The notes beneath the pieces were generated by a model. That model made no database searches. It was given only the letters and a program-made list of their open reading frames with translations, and was not told where the DNA came from. From positions 13,330,001 through 13,394,000 of the forward strand of contig OZ316775.1 of the NCBI GenBank assembly GCA_973851085.1: DNA of 64,000 bases, written 5' to 3'. A program made the translations under genes and the position numbers. This DNA comes from Ptychomitrium polyphyllum (taxonomy: Eukaryota). Every line of letters begins with the position of its first letter. The stretch's first letter is position 1. Of the stretch, positions 13,201-26,131 are shown piece by piece.

Positions 13201-14500
13201 TGGATTTGGAGACAACTATTCATTACAATTGTGGAGGTAAATTATTTGTAGTTGAAGATTGTATCTATGTTGCAATTAGCTGGTGTTATGAGTGCAACAT
13301 GGTTTTTAATTTATGTAATGCAGTTGTCTAGTTCAAAAAATTCTTGCAAATTCTTTTTTTGATAGTTTAGCCCTTTTATTAATAGATAAAAAAAATGGTA
13401 GAAAATGCAAATTCATTGTCTATTAATGCCAAGTGGAGTGGAAACTTCTTTGTATTCCTAAAAACGCACTCTATCATTATAGCCAAAAAATCCTCTATAA
13501 TCAAGAAGTTTTTTGCTTTTCAATCACTTGCAATTTAAAGCTGTACAAGGACATGCACCTATGCCCATGACAGAAGAAGGTGTTTGAGTTCTGAGAGCCC
13601 AGATAGAAGTCAAATATTTGGCTCAATTATTCTTCCATGGCAAAAATGGCAGCCAAAGCTTCCAAGCTAGTCTGCTATGCTTAATTTTTTTTACTTGCCC
13701 TCCAAGTGCATCTCTCCTTTCCAAACTTTTAAAATTGTATAAGGAGCACCAACCACTGCTACAATTGCACGTACCTTAGTAATGTTCTTTGAAGAGCCAA
13801 ATACCACTTCTACATTTGAAAGCAATGCCGTCAAATCCTTGCATTCATCTTCTAGTGATCACCCTTTGCATTCTTCCTTTTAAAGAGCATCTTTTGCTAT
13901 TGCGTGACCAAGTTTTTGATGGAATTACAATCTAGCTTAGAGGTGGAAGAGTGGATCAACGTGGAATTCAAAAGTATGGAATTCTTGCTAAACAACGCTT
14001 TTTACTTTCCTAAACTCTTGCCATTAGTGTTTGGCCCTTATTTTCATAATTTCCGTATTAGCAACGGATTTCCCAAGATGGACAACATAGTGCTCTACAA
14101 TAGTCTATAGTGTTTTTGTGAAAGAACTTGCAAAATTTGGTGGAGAAGATTTCAAGTGCGTTAGTTTGTACAATAAAATAGTTCAAAATGTGAGCAGTGT
14201 CTTATGGTAGTGGTGAAAATGTAGAGAATTGAAGTGCTGGGCTTATAGACTTATTTTTTTGTGACGTTCTCAAGCAAAGTCTGGATGGTCTGCAATGATC
14301 TTTGGAAAGATGATTCTGCTCATCTATAATTTGGAAGGTTGCAAATAAAAGGATCAAGTAATTTGAGTTTTTTCAATGAGTTGCTTTAACAACAACAATG
14401 GTGCAAGAAGGTACCTTCTTGTCTTGTTGAAGGATGTTGTGTGATAGTGAATCATAAGTAGTAAAGTTGTGGACCGTGGGTAGGTACAAAGAAGGATATA
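7250..14500. mobile_element. Highly decayed TE-derived DNA, possibly DNA transposon (hAT-like) relics
   Basis: AT-rich, CpG-poor, no ORFs. There are only weak peptide hints (DGW near 7576, ASER near 12346), so the family is not established. Confidence 0.25.
10434..11597. mobile_element. Solo LTR (1164 bp), same family as 4193-5358
   Basis: TGTTGC...GCGACA termini, 5-bp TSD TTCCA (10429-10433, 11598-11602), no flanking PBS/PPT or internal domain. It is above ~90% similar by eye to 4193-5358. Confidence 0.93.
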
Positions 14501-15632
14501 AAGTACTCCCAATCTCTGTGCAGAAAGTGTAGTGAAAAGCTTCTCAAATAGTCTATGTAATCAGCCGCTATCAGAAGCAACAACCCTCACCTTTTCAGAG
14601 GGGGGACTTTTAAATATAAGTCCAGAACGTGTGATGTATGAGCAGCAGTATGTGTTCAAGTTTTGTAAAATATAGGTCATGTTTATCTAAGCTCACCTAC
14701 ACACCTACACAGTTTGAATTTTTTTATTCCAACACACAGAAAGGTATATTGAAATGAAGTTTTTATGCAATTGACTCCTTTCAAAATGAAATGATTTTAA
14801 ATTTGTATTCATGTCCACACGTAATTGCACATAAAAAGAATAAATCAGTGTATAAGATTCTTGATCAATCCAGAAAATTAGAATTTACAGGGGCTCAAAA
14901 AGCAAAGGCCTGCAACTGTGTCATTAAATGTTGCCTGAGTTATGCAAAGCAGGCAGTAATTGTCACATCTAAGAGAGTTTATGATGCAATGCAGTTCTCT
15001 GTTTATGAGATCATGAGTAGTACTTTCTGAATACATCCACAAAAGCTTTACACATACACTACATACATGTATAGTAGGCACATCCAAAGAGAGAACTTGA
15101 ACCATGTCTATGGATGGAATTCTATATCTCAATAGACAAGGTTGCATCCAATATTTGCCACCCAGGTCTCAGGTGAGCCAGTCCTATACTTCCTTTTATA
15201 AGAAGTTGAAAGTAATTTTGCAGGAGTGCCACCTCCCAGTTGTACTTCTTTTAGTCGATGGTCCAAACGACCATTTACTAATTGAGGCCGCAGTTGCAAA
15301 AGTAACTCAACTCGTGTTCGATATTTGCAGTAACCGGGCCCGCAGAACCGACTCAGGGTGACTCGTTTCACTGTCCAGGTCAGAAATCGAATCAGCATGG
15401 ATTCAGCAATTTCTGCTCATATCAGTTTCCAAACTATCTCGAGCTTCTCCAGCTCACACGAGATTTCCATCTATTTGCTTTCATACCAGCACACTCTCTC
15501 CTCACACGAGTCCCCTTCCTAGTTCTGTAGAGGTTGCACTTAAGCGCTTCATGCACTAGATCCTACTTGTCGAGGCGGTGAGTGAAGAAGGGCAGTGGGT
15601 TTCCAGGAATATGTGTCCTTTTACTTGAGTTT

Positions 15633-15656
15633 CACGTGTCTGCTCAAGCTTATATA
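15633..15656 (+). promoter_or_regulatory. ABRE/G-box (CACGTGTC) plus TATA-like box of the AP2/ERF gene
   Basis: CACGTGTC at 15633-15640 and TATATA at 15651-15656, about 175 bp upstream of the ATG. Confidence 0.55.
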
Positions 15657-15827
15657 CCAACGTTGGGTCCCCTAAATTTGATGATTCAAGTGCTTTGTCA
15701 AGTGATTTGACAACAGAGACGCAAGTTGTTGTATTTGAAGATTACCAAAGGGGACTTGCAGGCGATCAGAGCTTTTCTAGTGATTACAGCGACTGTGATA
15801 GAGTAAACGAAAGAGTTTTGTCCGACC

Positions 15828-16628
15828 ATGGTACAGAAGAACGCAAGTCAAAACGCACCGTTTGATATTTTGACAGCAGGTGGACGGCGTGATTACTCAG
15901 GAATAACGAAGAAGGCAAATCAGTTCGTTTTGAAGAAAGAAGAGAATCCTACGAGTCCGAAGTATAAAGGGGTTCGGATGCGGCAATGGGGGAAATGGGT
16001 GTCTGAGATTAGGGAGCCAAACAAGAGGTCGCGGATATGGTTGGGGTCGTTTCCAACGGCGGAGATGGCCGCCAAAGCATACGATGCCGCTGTGGTGTGC
16101 TTGAGAGGCTCCAATGCCTCATTGAATTTTCCGAACTCTCCCCCTCAAGCGCTCCCTTCGTGTCACTCTCCAAAAGATGTTCAAATAGCAGCAGCTGCCG
16201 CTGCGGCTGCGGCAGAGCCATGCACACCATTGTCTCTTCCAGCTGTGCAGCTCGTCGCACGATCCTTGGAAACACAATTGCATAAGATGGAGATCAGCGA
16301 GACTCATGCCATGCCCTTGAATGATTTGCAATCTTCGAAGGAGGGGAACCAAGTTGTGGTGCTTGATTTGGAGTGCGTTGAAGAATCCCTGTGTCCCACT
16401 GCGGTCTCGAACTCGTTCATGACTTTGGAAGAAGTGGATCTGGTGTGGGACGACATGAAGTTCATCGATCTGCCGCCCTTGGAAGATTTGCTGGATGCAA
16501 GTGCAGGTACGGGAGGAGATTCATTCGACCGATCCTCAACATCTGCAGATTTTCCTGCTTATTGTCGTGTATCATCAGGTCATATTGAAATGAATTTCAT
16601 GGACTGCTACAATGTGTTTACAGCGTAG
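15828..16628 (+). CDS. AP2/ERF transcription factor, DREB subfamily (A-4/A-5-like), intronless, 266 aa
   Basis: Single AP2 domain [57 protein letters not shown] with the DREB-type V14/E19 residues. It is followed by an [13 protein letters not shown] motif and an acidic C-terminus. ATG context is ACCATGG. Confidence 0.96.
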   Translation: MVQKNASQNAPFDILTAGGRRDYSGITKKANQFVLKKEENPTSPKYKGVRMRQWGKWVSEIREPNKRSRIWLGSFPTAEMAAKAYDAAVVCLRGSNASLNFPNSPPQALPSCHSPKDVQIAAAAAAAAAEPCTPLSLPAVQLVARSLETQLHKMEISETHAMPLNDLQSSKEGNQVVVLDLECVEESLCPTAVSNSFMTLEEVDLVWDDMKFIDLPPLEDLLDASAGTGGDSFDRSSTSADFPAYCRVSSGHIEMNFMDCYNVFTA

Positions 16629-19600
16629 CTGCGGAAAGACTTCGCGGTTCAAAGTGCTTTTGAAGAGTTTCGGAACGAATTTTTCTAGGGTGAAAATTGT
16701 GGAGGCACATATGTACTCATGATATGCGTGGACTAATTTGCAACCTTTACCGGACGGTTTCGATATTTTAGAAATTTAAATTTTCAATTTGAACCTATAT
16801 TGGGCAAGACAAGAGCCTGGGCACATTGCCTGAATCATTCATTTGAGTTTGGCGTAGATAGATGAAACTTCAAGCTATTAGCTTGTTTCGACAAGTTGAA
16901 CCTTTTCAACTTGAACCTGTCGTCACCATAAATCTCTCTTCTGTAATTAGAAGATGTAGATGGAGTGTAGATCATGTATCATCACAATTTTGATACTAAT
17001 TTAGGAGATATTGCCATTGCAGTGATATCAGTTTATAGTCACAGGATAGTATGCCCTTGGAAGGGATACTCAAGAAAGGGTGGAGTAAAATACAAAAACT
17101 TTTGAATGAGACAATTCCATTCGATGAACGTCTTCTTCAATGTTGATTGATTTTGCGATTCACACAAGTTGACTGTAATTGCTCTACGTGTTAGGTTGTT
17201 TAGGTATTTATCCTATGTAGTCGTCCTTCACTGCAGTCAGTTGTTGTGCACTCTTTGCACTAGATACGAGATATTTCGACTGTGTTACTTGGGCATGACT
17301 TACTGGGCTTCGTAGGTTGTGTGCTGCTTTGAAGCTTATGTTGATTTATTATGAACACTGAAAATTCAAATATTCTACAATGTTAATGTCTAAGAATACC
17401 GTGCTTCAGAAAGTGCTGCTTTTATATTGTAAGCTTCCACTGTTGTGTACTTGTGGTGCATTGAAGCAGGAGGAATGGAATATCTGCATAATATTGGCTG
17501 CCATTACGCTGCATCGTATGATAAAACTTTCTGGATTTGTCATCTCTGGAGGTTATAGTCTAGGGGTGAGTATTTTATAAAATCTATCTCAGGGTTCATA
17601 TTTACAGTATGCAAGTCTACGTCCCCTTCGCTCGTCCAGCTTCGCAGTTCTCCTCCTTAAGTTCTCCTCCTTGAAGAACCCACTTGAACCTTCGAACTAC
17701 TGCTACCGTTTGAATATCCCAGCTTTGAATACACACCAGTTGAACTCCTGATTGTACAGCATCTCGATGCCCAAAAGCCACCAGAATCTTGGTCCTCATC
17801 CTATTTCTAATGTAGAAAGGATCAAAAAGCTCCAAACCTCAACTTCGAAGTGCATCCCACCGAAGTTCACAAACAAATGCCATCTCATATCCTCGCTCGA
17901 GCCAGAGTACCACATATCCTTACCCTTGTCGTAACTCGTCATGGTCCAGGTAAAACTCTATCGCCAATTTTAATTCTCCATGTCGTAGAGCTTTATGTGT
18001 TTACACAAATCGACACAACGAAGTTTTATAGACGTGCAGTCTCATCTCATCACAATCTAATGTCAGATTATCAAACTCAAAAATCACAAAAGCTTCATCA
18101 AAGTGGGGAAAGCCATTGGAACCAATCCGCTAGTGACCTTCCTCACATTTTATCACATTCCATTATGAACGATAACCACCGTCTTCTACTCACCCTTGCC
18201 CGCCCAGGCAGTAATGCATAATTCTGTAAATCTTCCAGAACATATAGGTCGTTCATATGATTCGCCAGCATTTAACCTTCCACTCGTTGCAAATCACACC
18301 ATCTAAATCTAAAATAGGACGTCCAGGAAAGTAGATTACATTGTACACACGAAGCTCTCTTGCCAAACAATCACAAACTTCAATTTGTACTGGTGATTGA
18401 GGAGAATGGGCTGCACGACCACTCAACATCTTGGCACAAACAATCCAATCCTGCATCGCAAGCACAAATCAACTCATGCCTCTTACAAGCATCGGTATCA
18501 TACGCTCTTACCCAGCATGTTTTTGTGATGATACAAGATCTTATAAGTGCACAAAGGTTAGGTCGTAGTTTCGCACATTCCTTAGTGACCGCGGAAGTAG
18601 AGGACATCGCCAAGTTCCAGTTCTTAAAAGAAGCTCGCACGCGACCGATGTCATCATTAAGCAGACGCACAAAGTCAGGTTCCAAACATCGGGTGGCAAC
18701 TTGCCCCACACTCGGGATTGAGAGGTCCTTCTCCTACAGGTTTATTTTGCCATCGTCCGGAAGAGCGGAAGCAAGATCAACTCCATACAAACCCCACATC
18801 GGAGCAAAGTGGGCGAAGTCTCGTGATGCCGCATCTCGATGATGAAGATGGGGAGCTCCTGGATAGTAGTGCAGAAACAGCGCGCAACTCCGACCACTCC
18901 GCCACTAATCCCAGCTTCACTCAGCTCCTCCAAGGGGCTCCCCATCTAAATGGACACTTTAGGGTGAATAATGTAGGCTTTTCTCCAGATAAACACTTTA
19001 GGGCTGATAATGTTTATTACTTTTAAATGCAATTAATCGTGATTTGACTTTGCAGGTGCTTCTCGTATTCTTAACGATCAGCTGACTCCAGGAAGTTATA
19101 TATTGATTACTAGGAGCCAGACATCCTGGCAAATTACCTTTATAATGTCACTTCCAAATATAGATAAATTAAAATGGCATTCACTTTTAGCAATTTAAGT
19201 AAAACCACCTGAAATTAGGAAAGTGTACTCATAAAATAATTACATATTCAACTCTACAATGGCGAAGGTGACATGTGTTAATAAAATTAAAAAAAGGAGA
19301 TTGTTATGCTAATTCCACCAACTTCACAGTTGTCAAAATAAAAGTGCAACATGATGCTTAAGACGTTGTAAACTACTTTGCATTTGGAAGTGCAACCTTT
19401 TCTGTCAAATTTATTATCAATACGAAACACACCACACACCACTCCCTCAACCAACTCGAATTGTGAAAAGCCCATTTACACATACTGCTGCACGCAGGAG
19501 GCAACCATACTTAACATCAACCAGAACTCCTACTTTCCCTCCCCATTTGCAGTAGCAAACAACTAAAATATCAAAAACTCTTGGCTGTGATAAATAAAAA

Positions 19601-20314
19601 TTGCGGGAACGAAAAATTCTTGCAGTGTACAATGTGCTGCATACTCTAGACGATAAGCGCTTGCTAATCAATGCTAGCTACGATGTACTCCTGCATGCCG
19701 AGTAAGTGGAAACCAAAATGCAAACTTCTGCAGCGAGGTCAGTAACTCCTACAACTTGCTACAGCATCAACATGGACATTATCAGAATGGAGTCACAAAA
19801 GAGTAAACTCACCGGAAAGAAATATAAATCAGTTACGCTACTACTACAGATGGTTTGAATCATACGACATGAACTCAGAGCAAAGCAGGCCCTTACTGTA
19901 GCATATTTGGAACAAGCTTATCAAAGCTACACAGGCCTATGCAGCAGCTAAAGGTACAAAAGACCCAACCCTTCGAAAGTAAAATGACTTGGCAAAAATC
20001 AAGATTCGTAAAAACCGCGTCATCCGATAAGTACAGATGGTCTTATTAAACAAAGGATCTCATATACACAAAGAACAACTGAGTAAGCACAGATAATCTC
20101 AATAAAAAATTGCTACCTAAGTGTCGCTCAACCTAGGCAGTATAAATATATCCCTAGAAGGGCTCAACCCACCTTAAGTTACCTATTCTACTTGTCAGTC
20201 GTCATCCACCTGAGAACTGTATTCCACGCTCTGCCGCTGAAGGAAGGAAGAGCCCCTGCATCACACATCCCACCGTCCCCGCATCGTTCCACGTGTGCAG
20301 ATGTGTCTCATCGC

Positions 20315-23300
20315 CTACAGCAGACTAGGCCCAGCTGCAAGGATCTGATCCGTCAGCTTGCTGTCTCCACCAACCTTGTAGTCGGCGTAAACCTCGAAGT
20401 TCTTCTGGAAGAGCCCGGCAAGCTTCTTCAAAGTCTCGTTGTACTGCTTCTTGTCCGACCACTGCACACAACCATCCCTCAGCGTTGTCAGACACCATGC
20501 ACACGAACGAACACCCTCGACCTCTCCAACCCAAGACTCCAAAAACACACGCCGCGCCTGGCTCACTACACAAGGTACCAGAAACCGCACAACACATCCA
20601 GCATCCCAAACTCGTCTCATTGTGTCGACGTAGCATTCGACTGACACGGTCTGCTCTCGGGCCTGTCGTCGCATACCGCATTCTGTGGCTGCAACACCTC
20701 GCTCGGCACCCCGTTCACCTCCGTCGGCACGGCCAGGTTGAACATCGGGGTCTGCACGTACTCCGCGTCCAACAACGACCCGTCGTGGATGGCGTCGATG
20801 ATCTTCCTCGTGTGCGCCAGTTTCATCCTCGATCCCACGCCGTAGCTGCACCATCATCACACGTCAGCGCCGCCACTCCGGACACAGCTGCGAGCGGACT
20901 CCACAGAGGACCATCCTCCACCACTTACAAAACAGAACCACAAGACAAGCGATCGCGCCCGCACCTGCCGCCGGTCCATCCGGTGTTCACCAGCCACGCC
21001 GTGGCACCGTGCTGCTGCATCTTCTCCGCCAGCATGGCAGCGTACTTCGTTGGGTGCAGCATGATGAACGCAGCCCCAAAGCAAGCAGAGAATGTAGCGG
21101 TCGGCTCCTTCACGCCCTCCACGGTTCCGGCAACCTGCACGAACGAACCCCACGCCCGTCAGAACCAACTCGCACCCACCGACTCGGAAACCACCAAAAC
21201 GCGAGCGCCCTCCACACGCTCCACCCAAGCCGAGCCCGACAGACGTACCAAGGCGGTGTAGCCGCTGATGAAGTGGTACATGGTCTGCGAGTGGGTCAAC
21301 TTGCTCACTGGTGGCAACACGCCGAAGGCATCGCACGACAGCAAGATGATGTTCGTCGGGTGAGGCCCGACGCATGGCAGCCTCACGTTGGGAATGTACT
21401 CGATGGGGTATGCGGCCCGCGTGTTCTCTGCACCGGGTACACGCCGCACAACGTTAGCGCCATCCAGCCGTCTACGGCTCATTGTCACACTCGGCAGCAA
21501 ACCACCAGGCCGAGGATGCCAACGCACACCAAGACCCCAACGACGCCGAGCAACACCAGACACAGAATCCGCAGCACAAGATCCGCGACTTACCGGTCAC
21601 GGACTTGTCACTGTAATCCACCTCCCTGTAGTGCTCCTCGAACACCACGTTCTCCAGCACTGCACCGCACAAAGACGCAGCAGTCGTGTTAGAGCGCCAA
21701 TCGCATCACACCAAAAGCGTACCACCCACTAAAGAGTACGAACGCTGACCCGCCAATCTCCTCAAACCTCCCATTCTGCAAACCCACCGGTTCCGAACTT
21801 GATCGCGTTCCAGATCTCGGGCTCCTTCTCCTGCGAAAGGTCGATGCACTTCGCGTAGCACCCTCCCTCGATGTTCGACACACCGTTGTCGCCCCAGCAG
21901 TGCTCGTCGTCTCCGATCAGCTGACGGTTCTGGTCGGTTGACAGGGTCGTCTTACCGGTACCTGAAACAGCAACACACCACACCGGCCGCGGGCATTAGT
22001 GCCGTGCACATGCTTCCCGTCTCGTAGCTGTCCAAGCACACGTAAGCTTCTCGTTTTCTTTCGCCAACTATACCTGATAATCCAAAAAACAACGCCACAT
22101 CCCCTGCCTTTCCCATGTTGCAGCCCGAGTGCAACGACAGGATTCCCCTTTTAGGCATCAAGTAGTGCATCAGGCTGAAGAGACCCTTCTTCATCTCTCC
22201 GGCATACTGCGTTCCCAGGATCACCATCTCTTTGCGTTTCAAGTTCAAATCTATGCTAGTTGACGATGACATGTAGTGGGTATAGCGATTGCACGGAAAC
22301 TGTCCGGCATTGTAAATTGTGAAGTCCGGAGTTCCAAAATCTTCGAGCTCTTCAGGTGTAGGGCGGATGCACCTGCCACCCATATGCTTAATGCCACCGG
22401 CCACACCAAAAAGACACATACATCCAAATCCACCTCCCCCAGCAAAGGAAGCAAACCCTCCAGCATTTAACCACATCATCACGTCCAATTTCGTTTCAGA
22501 CGTTCACGAGAGATGTGCCAAAGTCTTGCATGTTCCTAGCTGCTATAGGTTTGTTCAAAGCAACAGACATCGATACTGCGTAATCATAACTCAGCGTTCA
22601 GCGTTCAGCGTTCATACCGGGTATTGTGGAAGACAGAGAAATGTTCGGTGAGTTTAGGGGCTTACATGTTGTGCATGAAAAGTGAGTGATAAGCACGAGC
22701 GGATATAATCCGAACTTTGATGCGGTTCTCAGGGTCCCAGTTCAGGAACTGATCGTTGACAAATACCTGGTTCACACAAATCCGTTCGTGAGGCGCCGCC
22801 TGAACAAGAGGATTCCGCCTCGCAGCTTTCTGATGATCAACAAACAGATCAAACTAGGATCGGTATCGGCACCAGAAAACACGGCATACCTTCTCCAATG
22901 AGTTCAGGTAGTCGACGGCCCTCTCGCGGTTAACCAGGAATGTCTCCTCGTCCATCTCGATATTCGGGGATCCTCTGGTGAACAAGCCACGAACCAGATC
23001 AATATACTCTGACAGCATTTCCAAACAGCCTGGTAGGATCAGCGAAAAAAAGCGGTTGATACAAGACACCGACACACTTCAACAACTCTACACGAAACTT
23101 CAACGCGGCAAAACCGGTGAGCTAGATATTCGACTTCTTTCACTAACAAAAGCGAAAGGTAGGAGAACGTGACACTCACTTTCCCCACCACAAGTCATCC
23201 TCCGACGTCTCCTCCTTCACAACGCGTTTGTCCTTGGGAGAACGCCCTGTTTTTGCACCAGACAGTGTGGCAAGAGCTCCAGTTGACGTGATAAAGGAAC

Positions 23301-24161
23301 CCTTTTCAAACTTGATAGCTTGCTCGTACAACTCTGCAAAAGCCAAGCGCATCCAAATAAGAACAGCCTTCATTTCACAGTCCACTCAACCAAGAACATC
23401 GCGGCACATCGAATACATCCTACAATGGTGGCAGACATGTGCTTCGCAGAAAGGGCAAATTGATCATGAAGATGACATGCACATGCTTCAGATAGAAATA
23501 AAAAGATGTAAACATCGACAAAAACAGGTGTCCTACCAGATGGAGACAAGTTGTAGAGAACATGCGTAAACTTCAGAGCGCTGTCACTGATGTCAAGCCT
23601 GGGAGCAACCACGGACTTCGGCGGAGATCTCTTCCTGGCCGGATCGCCCTTGACAACCTGAGGTCCGCTCTCACGGGTCAAGGAGGCCAAGGAAGCGCTG
23701 CAAAGGCAGTACACCGAAGTAGTTACTATACTTGCAATTAAATTCAAGTAACTAGCAAAAAGAATGTAGAGTTCACCTTAGATGTCATAACACACGGTCA
23801 GCGTGCCTAGTAATAGTTAGATGACAGATAATTTAAAAAGCAAGAACTACCAAACTCTAATAGCTATGCCTTCCTTGAAAAGATCATACCTGACAGACTG
23901 CATCTGCTGCTTCTGACGCTGCTCCTCTGACAGCAGAGAACGAGGAGTCGAGCTCTTTGGCGTAGCGTTCCTTGGCGTAGTAGGAGCAGACGCTTTTTTC
24001 CTCTGCAAAGCGTGCAGCTCTTCAAGATTTGACGCCTTCACTGAGGGTGCTGTATCGTCCTCGCACATCTTCGAAGGAGTAGTAGAAGCATTCTTGGTGT
24101 TAATTTTTGATAAGCCATTTGGCCTCGCGTTGAACTGAAAGTCGCTCCCGTTCGAAGCCAT
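20315..24161 (-). CDS. PCK: Phosphoenolpyruvate carboxykinase (ATP), 12 coding exons, 658 aa
   Basis: Exons, all GT-AG and phase-consistent: 24161-23890, 23697-23537, 23333-23180, 22974-22890, 22766-22666, 22372-22074, 21961-21788, 21659-21594, 21427-21249, 21134-20965, 20845-20677, 20461-20315. Motifs: [26 protein letters not shown]-loop [44 protein letters not shown]. The plant N-terminal extension includes [10 protein letters not shown]. Confidence 0.97.
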
Positions 24162-24176
24162 TTTGCTCAATAGTCA

Positions 24177-25048
24177 CTGCAAACGATCAACCTACATAGA
24201 TACCTGACCAGTATTCAGTTTAAATACGTGCAGGTGACTTACAGGCCACTAAAAACAGCAAAAACGTAGACGATAGTACAAATTAAACATTCACAACCCA
24301 ATAATAGACGGTGCAACTACATAGAACAAGAAAGGCACAACACAAGCTTTCTGTAAAGCCTCCAGAATGACAGCCCACAGCAAAGGTATTTGATATTCAG
24401 TAAACACGGAACTACTACAAATTAAGTAAACCACATCCGCTAGAAGCAGCAAAAGAAAATCTATCAGTACAGTGAAAGCCGTCCAACAACTCATCTACTA
24501 AAATTCAAGGCAAGGGACGAGTGTTGCTAACACACTCCTAGCCCTTCCGTCAATACAACATCCAACATTTGAACAAAGACGAAGAACTCAATCCAGTCTT
24601 CCCATTTCACACAAAAGAAGTTGCAGTGAAGAGCACAAAAATCACAATCCTATGGAGCCCAAAGAACTAACACGCTTCTTAACCAAGACATGCACACTGC
24701 TTCAAAACATCAAAAGTAACACCAACGAAGACGATAAACGCCAATGGATAATCACTTCAAGACGAGGCAACCGAGAAGAAAAACGCTTGTGACACGAGAA
24801 AAAAAATTAGACGTGGCGTCCAAACCAAAACTCAGAAGGAAAAACAGAGCATTTCAGTATACATTCCCGTCGCCAGCTACCAAGCAACTAAAATTCAGAC
24901 ACCCACAGCACGACGAAACATTCTGGCACACATTGCTGTCTGTGTGTGTGCGTGTGTGCGTGTGTGCATGTGTGGGAGTGTGTGTCTCCCTTTCTCACTC
25001 TCGCTCGCTCTTCTCACCAAGCGCAGAGCAAACAGTAGCAAGCAGCAC
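24177..25048 (-). other. Probable 5'-UTR intron of the PEPCK gene
   Basis: An acceptor TTTGCAG lies 15 nt upstream of the ATG. A candidate donor TAG|GTGCTG lies at 25048, at the edge of a GC-rich leader. The intron is U-rich and has a (CA)n-like tract at ~24940-24985. The donor position is uncertain. Confidence 0.5.
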
Positions 25049-25049
25049 C

Positions 25050-26131
25050 TAGCACAGCACAGTACCATGAACGGGCAGAGCAACGCACCGAGAATCCGCC
25101 AGCGAGCACCAAACCGAGAGCCGAAAAGTTCCAACGAGGGCTCAAGACGACGGGAGCATGGGAGCGGGCGGCCGAGCGCTCCAGAGGCAGCGGCGGAGCA
25201 GATCGAGAGCGAGCGAAGGGAGCTTCAAAGGAAGCAGTGAACGCAACAAACACGAGGATGGGAGAGCAGCCCTCCATGGTCGCCTCCTTATGAACCCCTC
25301 GCCCTTTACTGCGCGTAACTCCGCTCCCCGGGTTGCCCCTCGCTCCCCGCTTTCACCCGCTTTCACCCCTGGGTAACTGGGCGCTACGCGGTCCCGCCCA
25401 CCGTTTGGCTGGGCCCATCCCTGCCGAACTCTAGTCAACATCCGCTCCCCGGCTTTCACCCCCCGCGCTTTTACCCCGGAACCCCCGCTGCCCGCGATGC
25501 CAGGTCACATGCAGCTCGGGCGCGCCCCCCCGTGAGGCCCTCTCATGTGGTGGACGCTCCCTTTCGGCACTCCACGAGTTCACATGGGTTCGTTCCCCCG
25601 ACGCCGCTCGCTCTGTCTGTGCGGCCCCCTCCATTTGTCCCTGCAGGCACATATTCATCCTCTGCAACTCCATCTTTCTTGGGCTGTTTGCACATTCACG
25701 CTCCCCCCAGTTCACTCGCCCTTGTGCCCCCGCTTGCCCCCCTCGCCGTCTGTGTGGACCCCTGCCCGCCGTCCGAATTTGGTGCTGCCCGGCACGATCC
25801 CACGCACTCCTCGGTCGTTCCTCGGTCCCAGTGTTGTTAGCGGACGCTCCCTTTCGGCACTCCACGAGTTCACATGGGTTCGTTCCCCCGACGCCGCTCG
25901 CTCTGTCTGTGCGGCCCCCTCCATTTGTCCCTGCAGGCACATATTCATCCTCTGCAACTCCATCTTTCTTGGGCTGTTTGCACATTCACGCTCCCCCCAG
26001 TTCACTCGCCCTTGTGCCCCCGCTTGCCCCCCTCGCCGTCTGTGTGGACCCCTGCCCGCCGTCCGAATTTGGTGCTGCCCGGCACGATCCCACGCACTCC
26101 TCGGTCGTTCCTCGGTCCCAGTGTTGTTAGC
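25050..26131 (-). promoter_or_regulatory. GC/CpG-rich leader and promoter region of PEPCK
   Basis: Very GC- and CpG-rich island upstream of the gene that ends abruptly at ~26131. Confidence 0.6.
25552..26131. repeat. Perfect 290-bp direct tandem duplication (25552-25841, 25842-26131)
   Basis: GGACGCTCCCTTTCGG...GTGTTGTTAGC is repeated with no difference seen. Confidence 0.95.

Noticed and set aside
17600..18060. Minus-strand pseudogene frame (..DMWYSGSSEDMRWHLFVNF..)
   Set aside because: About 6 stops in ~150 codons is close to random expectation and I recognise no homology.
20192..21732. Long + strand ORFs (258, 227 and 150 aa) as antisense genes
   Set aside because: They are shadows of GC-rich PEPCK exons and introns, with low-complexity translations and no domain.
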